DNA from: Sphingomonadales bacterium
GTDB taxonomy: Bacteria; Pseudomonadota; Alphaproteobacteria; Sphingomonadales; Sphingomonadaceae
Assembly (NCBI GenBank): GCA_038229555.1
Contig: JBBROI010000001.1
Location: forward strand, 253,678 to 285,677
Direction of reading: 5' to 3'
Length of the DNA stretch: 32,000 nt
Shown: piece after piece, positions 1 to 7,507 of the stretch
Position numbering within the stretch: position 1 is the stretch's first letter
Layout: each line of letters starts with the position of its first letter
The notes under the pieces: model-generated
The model's database searches: none
Seen by the model: only the letters and a program-made list of their open reading frames with translations
Told to the model about the DNA's origin: nothing
Made by a program: the position numbers and the translations under genes

Positions 1-109
1 CGCCGTCATCGGCGCGTCATACCCCCGTCGCCCAATCGCCACGCCCGCGCCATCCCGCTGACGCGCAACATGCTTAACGCTCCGTGTGGTTCAACACAGG
101 GGAGCAACC

Positions 110-1300
110 ATGCGCATCTTTACCAGCCTTATCGCCATCGCTGCAGCACTTGCCGCGACGGCCGCCACCGCCGCCGCGCCGCAGCTGCGCTACATCGGCC
201 AGCAGACTCTGCCGACCGCGACGTTCTTTGACGGCACCCAGGTCGGCGGCCTGTCGGGCATCGATTTCATCGGCGGCAACAGCTTTATCGCCAACAGCGA
301 CGACCGCAGCCAGTTCGGCAATGCGCGGTTCTACACCGTCGACCTGACGCTTTCGTCGACCGCGTTCAGCGGCGTCGCCTTCACCAAAGTCACAGATTTC
401 AAGACGCCATCGGGAACGCCGTACGCGGCGCTGCAGATCGATCCCGAATCGATACGGCGTCTGCCCAACGGCAACTACATCTACACATCGGAAGGCGATA
501 CCAACCGCAACATCGCGGCCTTTATCCGTGAAGCGCTGCCCGATGGCACCTATGTCCGCGATCTGACCCTGCCGGCGGGCTATCAGCAGACGGGTCCCGC
601 GGGTACCACGGGCATCCGCAACAACCTCGCCTTTGAAAGCGTCACCGTATCGACGAACGGCAAGACGATCACCAGCGCGACCGAAAACGCCTTGCGCCAG
701 GACGGCCCGGCGTCGGCGTTCGGCGTTGCCTCGCCCAGCCGCATCGTGACCTTCGACAACGCCAGCGGAGCGCCCGGCGCGCAATATGTCTATAATGTCA
801 ACGCGGTTGCCAATCCGACGGTACCCGCGGGCGGTTTCGCCACCAATGGCCTTGTCGAAATGCTCGATGTTGGTCATGGCCAGTATCTGGCGGTCGAACG
901 CAGCTTCGTCAGCGGCTATGTCACGCCGTTTTCGACGACCGGCAACAGCATTCAAATCTACCTGATCGACACCAGCGGCGCGACCGACGTGTCGGGTTTT
1001 GCCTCGCTCGTCGGCCAGAATTACACCGCCGTCAGCAAGACGTTGGTGTTCGATCTCGACAGCCTGAATATCCCGCTCGACAATATCGAGGGCATCACCT
1101 TCGGCCCGACGCTGGAGAACGGCCGCCGCAGCCTGATTCTGGTGTCGGACAACAATTTCTCGCCGACGCAGTTCACCCAGTTCATCGCGTTCGAAGTGGC
1201 GGGCGTTCCCGAAGCCGCAACCTGGGCGATGCTGATTGCCGGGTTCGGCCTGACCGGCGCGACGCTGCGCCGTCGTCGCGCGGTTGCCGCCACCGTCTGA
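110..1300 (+). CDS. Secreted phytase-like esterase family protein with C-terminal PEPxxWA-CTERM-type sorting signal
   Basis: Same frame as track ORF 86..1300. ATG at 110 is preferred because GGAG lies at 101-104 and the N-terminus MRIFTSLIAIAAALAATAATAAA looks like a signal peptide. Motifs GGLSGIDF, ANSDDRS and RFYTVDL fit the esterase-like-activity-of-phytase family as I remember it. The tail VPEAATWAMLIAGFGLTGATLRRRR is a PEP-like motif plus TM helix plus Arg cluster. Confidence 0.8.
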   Translation: MRIFTSLIAIAAALAATAATAAAPQLRYIGQQTLPTATFFDGTQVGGLSGIDFIGGNSFIANSDDRSQFGNARFYTVDLTLSSTAFSGVAFTKVTDFKTPSGTPYAALQIDPESIRRLPNGNYIYTSEGDTNRNIAAFIREALPDGTYVRDLTLPAGYQQTGPAGTTGIRNNLAFESVTVSTNGKTITSATENALRQDGPASAFGVASPSRIVTFDNASGAPGAQYVYNVNAVANPTVPAGGFATNGLVEMLDVGHGQYLAVERSFVSGYVTPFSTTGNSIQIYLIDTSGATDVSGFASLVGQNYTAVSKTLVFDLDSLNIPLDNIEGITFGPTLENGRRSLILVSDNNFSPTQFTQFIAFEVAGVPEAATWAMLIAGFGLTGATLRRRRAVAATV

Positions 1301-1335
1301 ACGCCGGACCGACGCAAAGTCCGTTGACCCGGGCG

Positions 1336-1369
1336 CACCCGCGTGGCAATTCGCAGCGCCACGCGGGTG
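1336..1369 (+). other. 12-bp perfect inverted repeat (CACCCGCGTGGC / GCCACGCGGGTG, 10-nt loop) whose 3' arm includes the first 7 nt of tRNA-Gly
   Basis: Arms read directly at 1336-1347 and 1358-1369. No U-tract follows, because the tRNA body follows instead. Confidence 0.5.
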
Positions 1370-1436
1370 TAGCTCAATGGTAGAGCTTTTGCTTCCCAAG
1401 CAAGTGACGAGGGTTCGATTCCCTTCACCCGCTCCA
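1363..1436 (+). tRNA. tRNA-Gly (anticodon CCC), CCA encoded
   Basis: Cloverleaf folded by hand. Acceptor GCGGGTG/CACCCGC. D arm GCTC-AATGGTA-GAGC. Anticodon stem TTTGC/GCAAG with loop TTCCCAA. T arm GAGGG-TTCGATT-CCCTT. Discriminator T followed by CCA. Confidence 0.93.
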
Positions 1437-1511
1437 GCCGCACTTGCTCCAAGCCCGTAACCTGCGCTCAGGCTGAGCTCGTCGACGGCGGCGAAGAGCG
1501 GAGGCACGGGT

Positions 1512-2150
1512 GTGAAGGCGCTGGTTCTGACGGTGTTGCTCGCGCTGGCGCAGCCGGTTGCCGCCACCGATCGCGATCCGTTTGGCGAGATTGAGGCCGG
1601 ATGGGCGGCAGCGCGCTTTGCCACCGACAGCGCGACGCAGGTGCCGCAAATCGACCGGCTGATCGCCCGTACCGAAGCGCTGGCGGCGCAACAACCGCGC
1701 CGCGCCGCACCGCTGGTCTGGCGCGGGGTGCTGCTGGCGACCAAGGCGAGCATCGTGCGCGGGCTGTCGGGTTTTTCACTGGTGCGGCAGGCGCGCGATC
1801 AGTTGGAAACTGCCGAACGCATCGATCCGCTGGCAGAAAACGGGCTGGGGCTGATGCAGCTCGGCATCATCTATGGCGCGGTGCCGGGGCCGCCGCTGGC
1901 CTTTGGCGACCGCAAGAAGGCGCGCAGCTATTTCGAGCGCGCTGTTGCTGCCGATCCGGCAGGACTGGCGGCCAATTTGGCGTTTGCCGATTTTCTGGTG
2001 AAGGGCGGGCGTTTTGCCGAGGCCGAGCCGCTACTGCTGACGGCGTTGCGTGCGGCCCCGCGCCCCGATCAGCCGGTTGCCGATGCGGGCCGCCGCGCCG
2101 AGGCGATGGCACTGCTGCGCTTGACCCGCACCCGGCTGGGGCGTGGATGA
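1512..2150 (+). CDS. Secreted helical-repeat (TPR/TatT-like) protein, first cistron of the hpnA operon
   Basis: GTG start at 1512 with GGAGG at 1499-1503. Signal peptide MKALVLTVLLALAQPVAA. Ala/Leu/Arg-rich helical body. Stop TGA 2148-2150 overlaps the hpnA ATG 2147-2149. Confidence 0.75.
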   Translation: MKALVLTVLLALAQPVAATDRDPFGEIEAGWAAARFATDSATQVPQIDRLIARTEALAAQQPRRAAPLVWRGVLLATKASIVRGLSGFSLVRQARDQLETAERIDPLAENGLGLMQLGIIYGAVPGPPLAFGDRKKARSYFERAVAADPAGLAANLAFADFLVKGGRFAEAEPLLLTALRAAPRPDQPVADAGRRAEAMALLRLTRTRLGRG

Positions 2151-3133
2151 CGGCGCTGGTTACCGGCGCATCGGGGTTCGTTGGCTCGGCCGTCGTGCGC
2201 GCACTGCTCACCGCTGGAACGCCGGTACGCGCGCTGGTGCGCGTCAGTAGCCCGCGCGGCAATCTGACCGGGCTGGACTGCACCATCGTCGAGGGCGACC
2301 TGACCGACGCCGTGTCGATTACGGCGGCGATGGCGGGGGTCGATACGCTGTTCCATGTCGCTGCCGACTATCGGCTCTGGGCGCCTGACCCGCGCGCCAT
2401 CGAACGCACCAATGTCGAGGGCACGCGGATTGTTATGACGGCGGCGCGTGCTGCCGGGGTGCGGCGGATCGTCCACACCAGCAGCGTCGCGACCTTGCGC
2501 CCGCGCGCCGATGGTGCAGCGGTCGACGAAACCGCGACGCTGACGCCCGATGCTGCCATCGGCATGTACAAACGCAGCAAGGTGCTGGCTGAGCGGCTGG
2601 TCGAGGCGATGGCGGCGGATGGCCTGCCGGTGGTCATCGTCAACCCTTCGACGCCTATCGGCCCGCGCGATATCCGCCCGACGCCAACAGGGCGAATCAT
2701 CGTCGATGGTGCACTGGGGCGAATTCCGGCGTTCGTCGCGACCGGGCTGAACCTCGTCCATGTCGACGATGTGGCGGCCGGGCATCTGCTTGCGGCGGCA
2801 AAGGGGCGGGTGGGGGAGCGCTATATTCTCGGGGGGCAGGACGTCAGTCTGCAGACGCTGCTCGGCGATATCGCGCAGCGGAGCGGGCGCAAGCCGCCGC
2901 GTATCCGCCTGCCGCGCGCGCCGCTGTACCCGCTGGCATGGGGCGCGGAGGCGGTGGCACGCTGGACCGGGCGCGAACCGATGCTGACCGCCGACGGCCT
3001 GACGATGGCCAAGGCGCAGATGTTCTTCACTTCGGCCAAGGCGGAGCGCGAACTCGGCTACACCGCGCGGCCCTATGCGGCGGCGCTCGATGAGGCGTTG
3101 GCGTGGTTCCGCGCGGCGGGATATTTGGGATGA
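2147..3133 (+). CDS. hpnA: Hopanoid-associated NAD-dependent sugar epimerase/dehydratase HpnA
   Basis: Internal ATG of track ORF 1601..3133. Rossmann motif TGASGFVGSAVV and catalytic YKRSK (YxxxK). Position directly 5' of hpnB-hpnE/shc. Confidence 0.9.
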   Translation: MTALVTGASGFVGSAVVRALLTAGTPVRALVRVSSPRGNLTGLDCTIVEGDLTDAVSITAAMAGVDTLFHVAADYRLWAPDPRAIERTNVEGTRIVMTAARAAGVRRIVHTSSVATLRPRADGAAVDETATLTPDAAIGMYKRSKVLAERLVEAMAADGLPVVIVNPSTPIGPRDIRPTPTGRIIVDGALGRIPAFVATGLNLVHVDDVAAGHLLAAAKGRVGERYILGGQDVSLQTLLGDIAQRSGRKPPRIRLPRAPLYPLAWGAEAVARWTGREPMLTADGLTMAKAQMFFTSAKAERELGYTARPYAAALDEALAWFRAAGYLG

Positions 3134-4266
3134 GGGACCTTGGTGCAGACCTCATCGGCGTAATCGCGTTTCTCATTTGGGTGCTGCTCGTTCAATTCCG
3201 TTCAGAATACTGGCGGTTCGATGCGCGCGATACCGACCTGCTGCCCGAGCCAGTGGTCTGGCCATCGGTCGTGGCCGTGATTCCGGCGCGCAACGAGGCC
3301 GATGTCATCGCCCAATCGCTCGGCAGCGTGCTGGCGCAGGATTATCCGGGCGATTTCCGGGTCATTCTTGTCGATGATCAGAGCAACGACGGCACCGGCG
3401 TCACGGCGCGCGGGCTGACGAGCGACCGGCTGACGGTGCTGACCGGCTCGCCGCGCCCGGCGGGTTGGACGGGCAAGCTCTGGGCGCTCGAACAGGGCGT
3501 CGCGGTGGCGGGCAGCCCTGAGTTCCTGTGGCTCACCGACGCCGACATCGGCCATACGCCCGATAATTTACGGCAGCTGGTGGCGCGTGCTGCGGCGGGC
3601 AATCTCGTGCAAGTCAGCCTGATGGCACGGCTGCACTGCGCCACTTTCGCCGAACGCGCGCTGATCCCGGCGTTCGTCTATTTCTTCGCTATGCTGTACC
3701 CGTTCGAGCGGGTGAACAACCCCGCCAACCCGATGGCGGCGGCGGCGGGGGGATGTGTTCTGGTTCGCCGCGACACGCTCGCGGCTGCCGGCGGCATCGC
3801 CAGCGTGCGGGGGCAGATCATCGACGATTGCAGCCTCGCCAAGCGCATCAAACCGCACGGGCCGATCTGGCTTGGCCTCACCGACCGCGCTGTCAGCCTG
3901 CGGCCGTACAGCTTTGCCGATATTCGCAAGATGGTGGCGCGCTCGGCCTATGCGCAGCTTGGGTTTTCGCCGCCAGCTTTGCTCGGAACGCTGGTCGGCA
4001 TGGCGCTGATCTACGCGGCCCCGCCGTTGCTGGGAATTTTCGGCACTGGTGAGGCACGGCGGTTTGGCCTGATGGCATGGTCTTTGATGGCCGGAAGCTA
4101 TTGGCCAATCCTCACCTTCTATCGCGTGTCGCGCCTGCGCATCGTGACCCTGCCGCTGATCGCCCTCACCTACATGCTCTTCACCATCGACAGCGCGGTC
4201 CAGCATTGGCGCGGGCGGGGCGGGATGTGGAAGGGGCGGGCGCAGGCGCTGGGGCGCACCGCGTGA
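3130..4266 (+). CDS. hpnB: Hopene-associated family-2 glycosyltransferase HpnB
   Basis: Frame of track ORF 3103..4266. ATG 3130 overlaps the hpnA stop (ATGA). GT2 motifs VIPARNEADVI, ILVDDQSNDGT and TDADIGH. C-terminal TM helices. A GTG at 3103 is an alternative start. Confidence 0.9.
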   Translation: MRDLGADLIGVIAFLIWVLLVQFRSEYWRFDARDTDLLPEPVVWPSVVAVIPARNEADVIAQSLGSVLAQDYPGDFRVILVDDQSNDGTGVTARGLTSDRLTVLTGSPRPAGWTGKLWALEQGVAVAGSPEFLWLTDADIGHTPDNLRQLVARAAAGNLVQVSLMARLHCATFAERALIPAFVYFFAMLYPFERVNNPANPMAAAAGGCVLVRRDTLAAAGGIASVRGQIIDDCSLAKRIKPHGPIWLGLTDRAVSLRPYSFADIRKMVARSAYAQLGFSPPALLGTLVGMALIYAAPPLLGIFGTGEARRFGLMAWSLMAGSYWPILTFYRVSRLRIVTLPLIALTYMLFTIDSAVQHWRGRGGMWKGRAQALGRTA

Positions 4267-4282
4267 GCGGCGAGTATAGCGC

Positions 4283-5164
4283 ATGAGCGGCGGGCGCAGC
4301 GGTGCGGCCGCCAAGGACGCCAACAACGAGAATTTTCCCGTCGGCTCGCGGCTGATCGCGGCAAGGCATCGCCCGGCGGTGATGGCCTATTATCGCTTCG
4401 CCCGCGCCGCCGATGATATCGCCGACGATGGTGCCGCGCCGCGCGATGACCGGCTGGCACGCCTCGATGCGATGGGTGCGGGTTTGGCGGCGGGGCTGGC
4501 GGGAGACCGCGACCCCGGCATCGCGCCGACGCTCGGGCGCGTCATGGCGGCGCGCGGGCTCGATCCGGCCAATGCGTCGGATCTGCTCACCGCCTTCCGC
4601 CGCGATGTCGCACAGGACCGCTACGCTGATTGGGCGGCGGTGATCGACTATTGCCGCTGGTCGGCGATGCCGGTCGGACGCTTCATGCTCGATGTGCACG
4701 GCGAGGCGGCGGCACTGCGCCCGATGTCCGACGCGTTGTGTGCGGCACTGCAAGTGATCAACCATCTCCAGGACGCCCGCGCGGATTACCGCGAACTGGG
4801 CCGCGTCTATGTTCCCGCCGATGCGCTGGCGGCGGCGGGGCTTGATGCGGCGGCGCTAGGGGCCGATCCGTCGCCGCCGGCGCTGGCCGAGGTGATACGC
4901 AACCTTGCCGCGCGGGTCGAACCGCTGCTCGCCGAAGCATCGGGGTTCGCGCGCGGCATCAGATCGACCGGGCTGGCGTGCGAGGTCGCGGTCATCCACG
5001 GTCTCGCGGTCGATCTGACGGCACGGCTGCAACGCGACCCGCTCGGCGTATCGCGACACCACCGCAAATCGGAAGCGGCGTTGCTCGCCATGCGCGCGCT
5101 CGGCGCTTTCGCATGGCGACGTTTTGGGTTACGCGCTGGAACTCGTTCCGGTGAGGCTCCATGA
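4283..5164 (+). CDS. hpnC: Hydroxysqualene synthase HpnC (squalene/phytoene synthase fold)
   Basis: Asp-rich motifs ARAADDIADD and LQDARAD. The N-terminus NENFPVGSRLI is typical of HpnC. Lies adjacent to hpnD. Confidence 0.92.
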   Translation: MSGGRSGAAAKDANNENFPVGSRLIAARHRPAVMAYYRFARAADDIADDGAAPRDDRLARLDAMGAGLAAGLAGDRDPGIAPTLGRVMAARGLDPANASDLLTAFRRDVAQDRYADWAAVIDYCRWSAMPVGRFMLDVHGEAAALRPMSDALCAALQVINHLQDARADYRELGRVYVPADALAAAGLDAAALGADPSPPALAEVIRNLAARVEPLLAEASGFARGIRSTGLACEVAVIHGLAVDLTARLQRDPLGVSRHHRKSEAALLAMRALGAFAWRRFGLRAGTRSGEAP

Positions 5165-6012
5165 TGTCGCTCGCAGTCGATCAGGCCCCGCTGGCAGCCG
5201 TCGAAGCCAAGGCATCCGGCAGTTCATTCTATGCCGCGATGCGACTGATGCCCAAGGCAGCGCGCCGCGCGATGTTCGCCATCTATGCGTTCTGCCGGAT
5301 CGTCGACGATATCGCCGATGCCGACGACCGCCCCGCGCCCGAACGCCGCGCTGCTTTGGAAGGCTGGGCGACCGATCTTCACGCCTTTTACGCCGGGGCG
5401 CGCCCGAAGCGGCTGGGCTTTCTGACCGAAGCCATCGAGCGGTTCGGCTTGAAGAAAGAGGATTTTCTCGCGGTCATCGATGGCATGCTGATGGATGTCG
5501 ATACGACGATCGTCGCGCCGTCGCGCGCGGTGCTCGATCTGTATGTCGACCGCGTCGCCTGTGCGGTCGGGCGGCTGTCGGTCCACACGTTCGGGATGAC
5601 GCAGGCGACGGGGCTGGAGGTTGCGCATCAGCTTGGCACCGCGCTGCAACTGACCAACATCATCCGCGATATCGATGAGGATGCCGGAATCGGGCGGCTG
5701 TATCTGCCCGCCGAAAGTCTTGCCGCCGCGGGCATTACGATGCGTGATCCGCACGCGGTTATCGCCGACCCGCGCGTCGATACGGTGTGCCGCGAATTGG
5801 CCGCGACAGCGCAGGCGCACTTCGATGCGGCGCGGACGATCATGCGCGAACGCCCGTCGGGGCGGCAGCGGACGCCGCGTCTGATGGCGGAGGTCTATGC
5901 GCATCTGCTCGGGCGGATGAGCGCGCAAGGCTGGGTCGCGCCGCGTCGTCGCGCCAAAATCGGCAAGCGGCACTTGCTCTGGCTGGTCGTGCGTTACGGG
6001 CTGGTGGGTTGA
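5161..6012 (+). CDS. hpnD: Presqualene diphosphate synthase HpnD
   Basis: ATGA overlap with hpnC. Motifs SSFYAAMRLMP, CRIVDDIADAD and NIIRDIDEDAGIGRLYLP. Confidence 0.92.
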   Translation: MMSLAVDQAPLAAVEAKASGSSFYAAMRLMPKAARRAMFAIYAFCRIVDDIADADDRPAPERRAALEGWATDLHAFYAGARPKRLGFLTEAIERFGLKKEDFLAVIDGMLMDVDTTIVAPSRAVLDLYVDRVACAVGRLSVHTFGMTQATGLEVAHQLGTALQLTNIIRDIDEDAGIGRLYLPAESLAAAGITMRDPHAVIADPRVDTVCRELAATAQAHFDAARTIMRERPSGRQRTPRLMAEVYAHLLGRMSAQGWVAPRRRAKIGKRHLLWLVVRYGLVG

Positions 6013-7259
6013 CGCGCAGCACGGTTTACATTGCCGGGGCAGGGATGGCGGGGCTGGCGGCGGCCGTTCGCCTGTCGGCGGCGGGCGCGCGCGTTGCGCT
6101 GTTCGATGCAGCGGCGCAGGCGGGCGGGCGCTGCCGGTCGTATTTCGATGCGCAACTCGGGCTGACCATCGACAATGGCAACCATCTCGTGTTGTCGGGC
6201 AACCGCGCCGTGGCGGACTATCTCTCCGAAACCGGAGCGAGCGAGGCATTGGCAGGGCCGGACAGCGCCGATTTCCATTTCATCGATCTGACGACTCGCG
6301 AGCGCTGGACGATACGCCCCAACGCCGGTCGCCTGCCGTGGTGGGTAATGGCGCCGTCACGGCGCGTGCCGGGAACGCGCGCCGCCGATTATCTGGCGCT
6401 GGCGCGGCTGTTGCGGCGACAACCGGGACGCACGCTCGCCGAAGTGCTGCCCGAACGCGGCGCACTGTGGCACCGCCTGCTCGATCCGTTCTTCGTCTCG
6501 GCGCTCAACACGCCGACCGCCGATGCCAGCGCCGATCTGGCGGGCGCGGTGGTGCGCGAATCGCTCGCCGCCGGAGGCGACGCCTGCCGCCCGCGCATTG
6601 CCCATCCGTCGCTTGCGGCCGCGTTTGTCGATCCGGCGCTGGCACGGCTGCGCGAAACCGGTGCCGACGTCACGCTCAGCCGGCGTTTGCGCGCCATCGA
6701 GCATGATGATGCGCGGGCGGCATCACTGGATTTCGGCGAAACGCGCATCGAATTGGGCGAAGACGACCGGGTCGTGCTTGCAGTTCCGCCATGGGTCGCT
6801 GCCGATCTGCTGCCGGGGTTGGTGGTTCCCGATCGCTTTCACGCCATCGTCAATGGCCATTTCCGCGTCGCGCCGCCGCCGGGCACGCCGTTGATGACCG
6901 GGGTGATCGGCGGTACCGCCGAATGGATTTTCGCCTTTCCCGACCGGATTTCGGTAACGGTCAGCGCTGCCGATGGCCTTGCCGAGGAAGACCGGGCGAC
7001 ATTGGCGGCGCGGTTGTGGGACGATGTTGCGGCAGCGCTGGGGCTGCCCGAAACGCTGCCGCCATGGCAGATCGTCAAGGAACGCCGCGCGACGTTTGCG
7101 GCGACCCCGGCGCAGGATGCGCGGCGTCCGGGCCCGCACACGCGCTGGCGTAACCTCGTTTTGGCGGGTGATTGGACGCAAACCGGGCTGCCTGCGACGA
7201 TAGAGGGTGCAATTCGCAGTGGAAATCGCGCTGCGGCGACAGTTTTGGCGACGACGTGA
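6009..7259 (+). CDS. hpnE: Squalene-associated FAD-dependent amine-oxidase-family enzyme HpnE (hydroxysqualene dehydroxylase)
   Basis: Frame of track ORF 5787..7259. The upstream part overlaps hpnD, so TTG 6009 (TTGA overlap with the hpnD stop) is the likeliest start. It sits just before the dinucleotide fold VYIAGAGMAGLAAAVRLSAAGARVALFD. The exact start is uncertain. Confidence 0.88.
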   Translation: MTRSTVYIAGAGMAGLAAAVRLSAAGARVALFDAAAQAGGRCRSYFDAQLGLTIDNGNHLVLSGNRAVADYLSETGASEALAGPDSADFHFIDLTTRERWTIRPNAGRLPWWVMAPSRRVPGTRAADYLALARLLRRQPGRTLAEVLPERGALWHRLLDPFFVSALNTPTADASADLAGAVVRESLAAGGDACRPRIAHPSLAAAFVDPALARLRETGADVTLSRRLRAIEHDDARAASLDFGETRIELGEDDRVVLAVPPWVAADLLPGLVVPDRFHAIVNGHFRVAPPPGTPLMTGVIGGTAEWIFAFPDRISVTVSAADGLAEEDRATLAARLWDDVAAALGLPETLPPWQIVKERRATFAATPAQDARRPGPHTRWRNLVLAGDWTQTGLPATIEGAIRSGNRAAATVLATT

Positions 7260-7269
7260 CGCTTTTACC

Positions 7270-7354
7270 TGTCATCCCGGGCTTGACCCGGGACCCAGTT
7301 CCTTCGGCGCTTCGGGCAAAGACAACTGGGTCCCGGGTCAAGCCCGGGATGACA
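7270..7354. repeat. Nested-palindrome intergenic repeat, copy 1 (31-bp perfect arms, 23-nt spacer)
   Basis: TGTCATCCCGGGCTTGACCCGGGACCCAGTT at 7270-7300 is the exact reverse complement of 7324-7354. Each arm also contains its own hairpin, TCCCGGG-CTTGA-CCCGGGA. Confidence 0.9.
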
Positions 7355-7367
7355 TTGCTTTTTTAAG
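7270..7367 (+). terminator. Possible intrinsic terminator after hpnE formed by repeat copy 1 plus a T-run
   Basis: The 31-bp stem is followed on the + strand by TTGCTTTTTT (T6 at 7359-7364). There is no T-run on the opposite strand. Confidence 0.4.
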
Positions 7368-7507
7368 ATCAGTTTTGATGAGCGGCGATGGCTGCGACCT
7401 CTACATTTGACCCATTTAGTCATATAGGTTAGCACATTCGGGAGCCGCCGGGGGGATGGTTCGTGCCCCCACCCCTGACAAGTCTGACCGCGTGACCCGG
7501 AGCAAGT

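Noticed and set aside
74-1753. Very long ORFs antisense to, or out of frame with, recognised genes. Examples: 74..1753 -, 8120..9361 -, 12672..14192 +, 15650..16960 -, 18102..19115 -, 20241..21584 -, 24431..25819 -, 27516..29051 +.
   Set aside because: They are typical shadow ORFs of roughly 70% G+C DNA. They give Arg/Ala/Pro/Gly-rich low-complexity translations with no recognisable motifs. Each lies opposite a gene with strong family signatures.
1601-2146. N-terminal extensions of track ORFs for hpnA (1601), hpnE (5787), hpnM (15255), prmA (to 28209), the M28 peptidase (to 30298) and the first gene (86).
   Set aside because: The extensions overlap upstream genes or are Arg/Gly-rich junk. 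Internal starts with 4-nt overlaps or good RBSs give family-typical N-termini.
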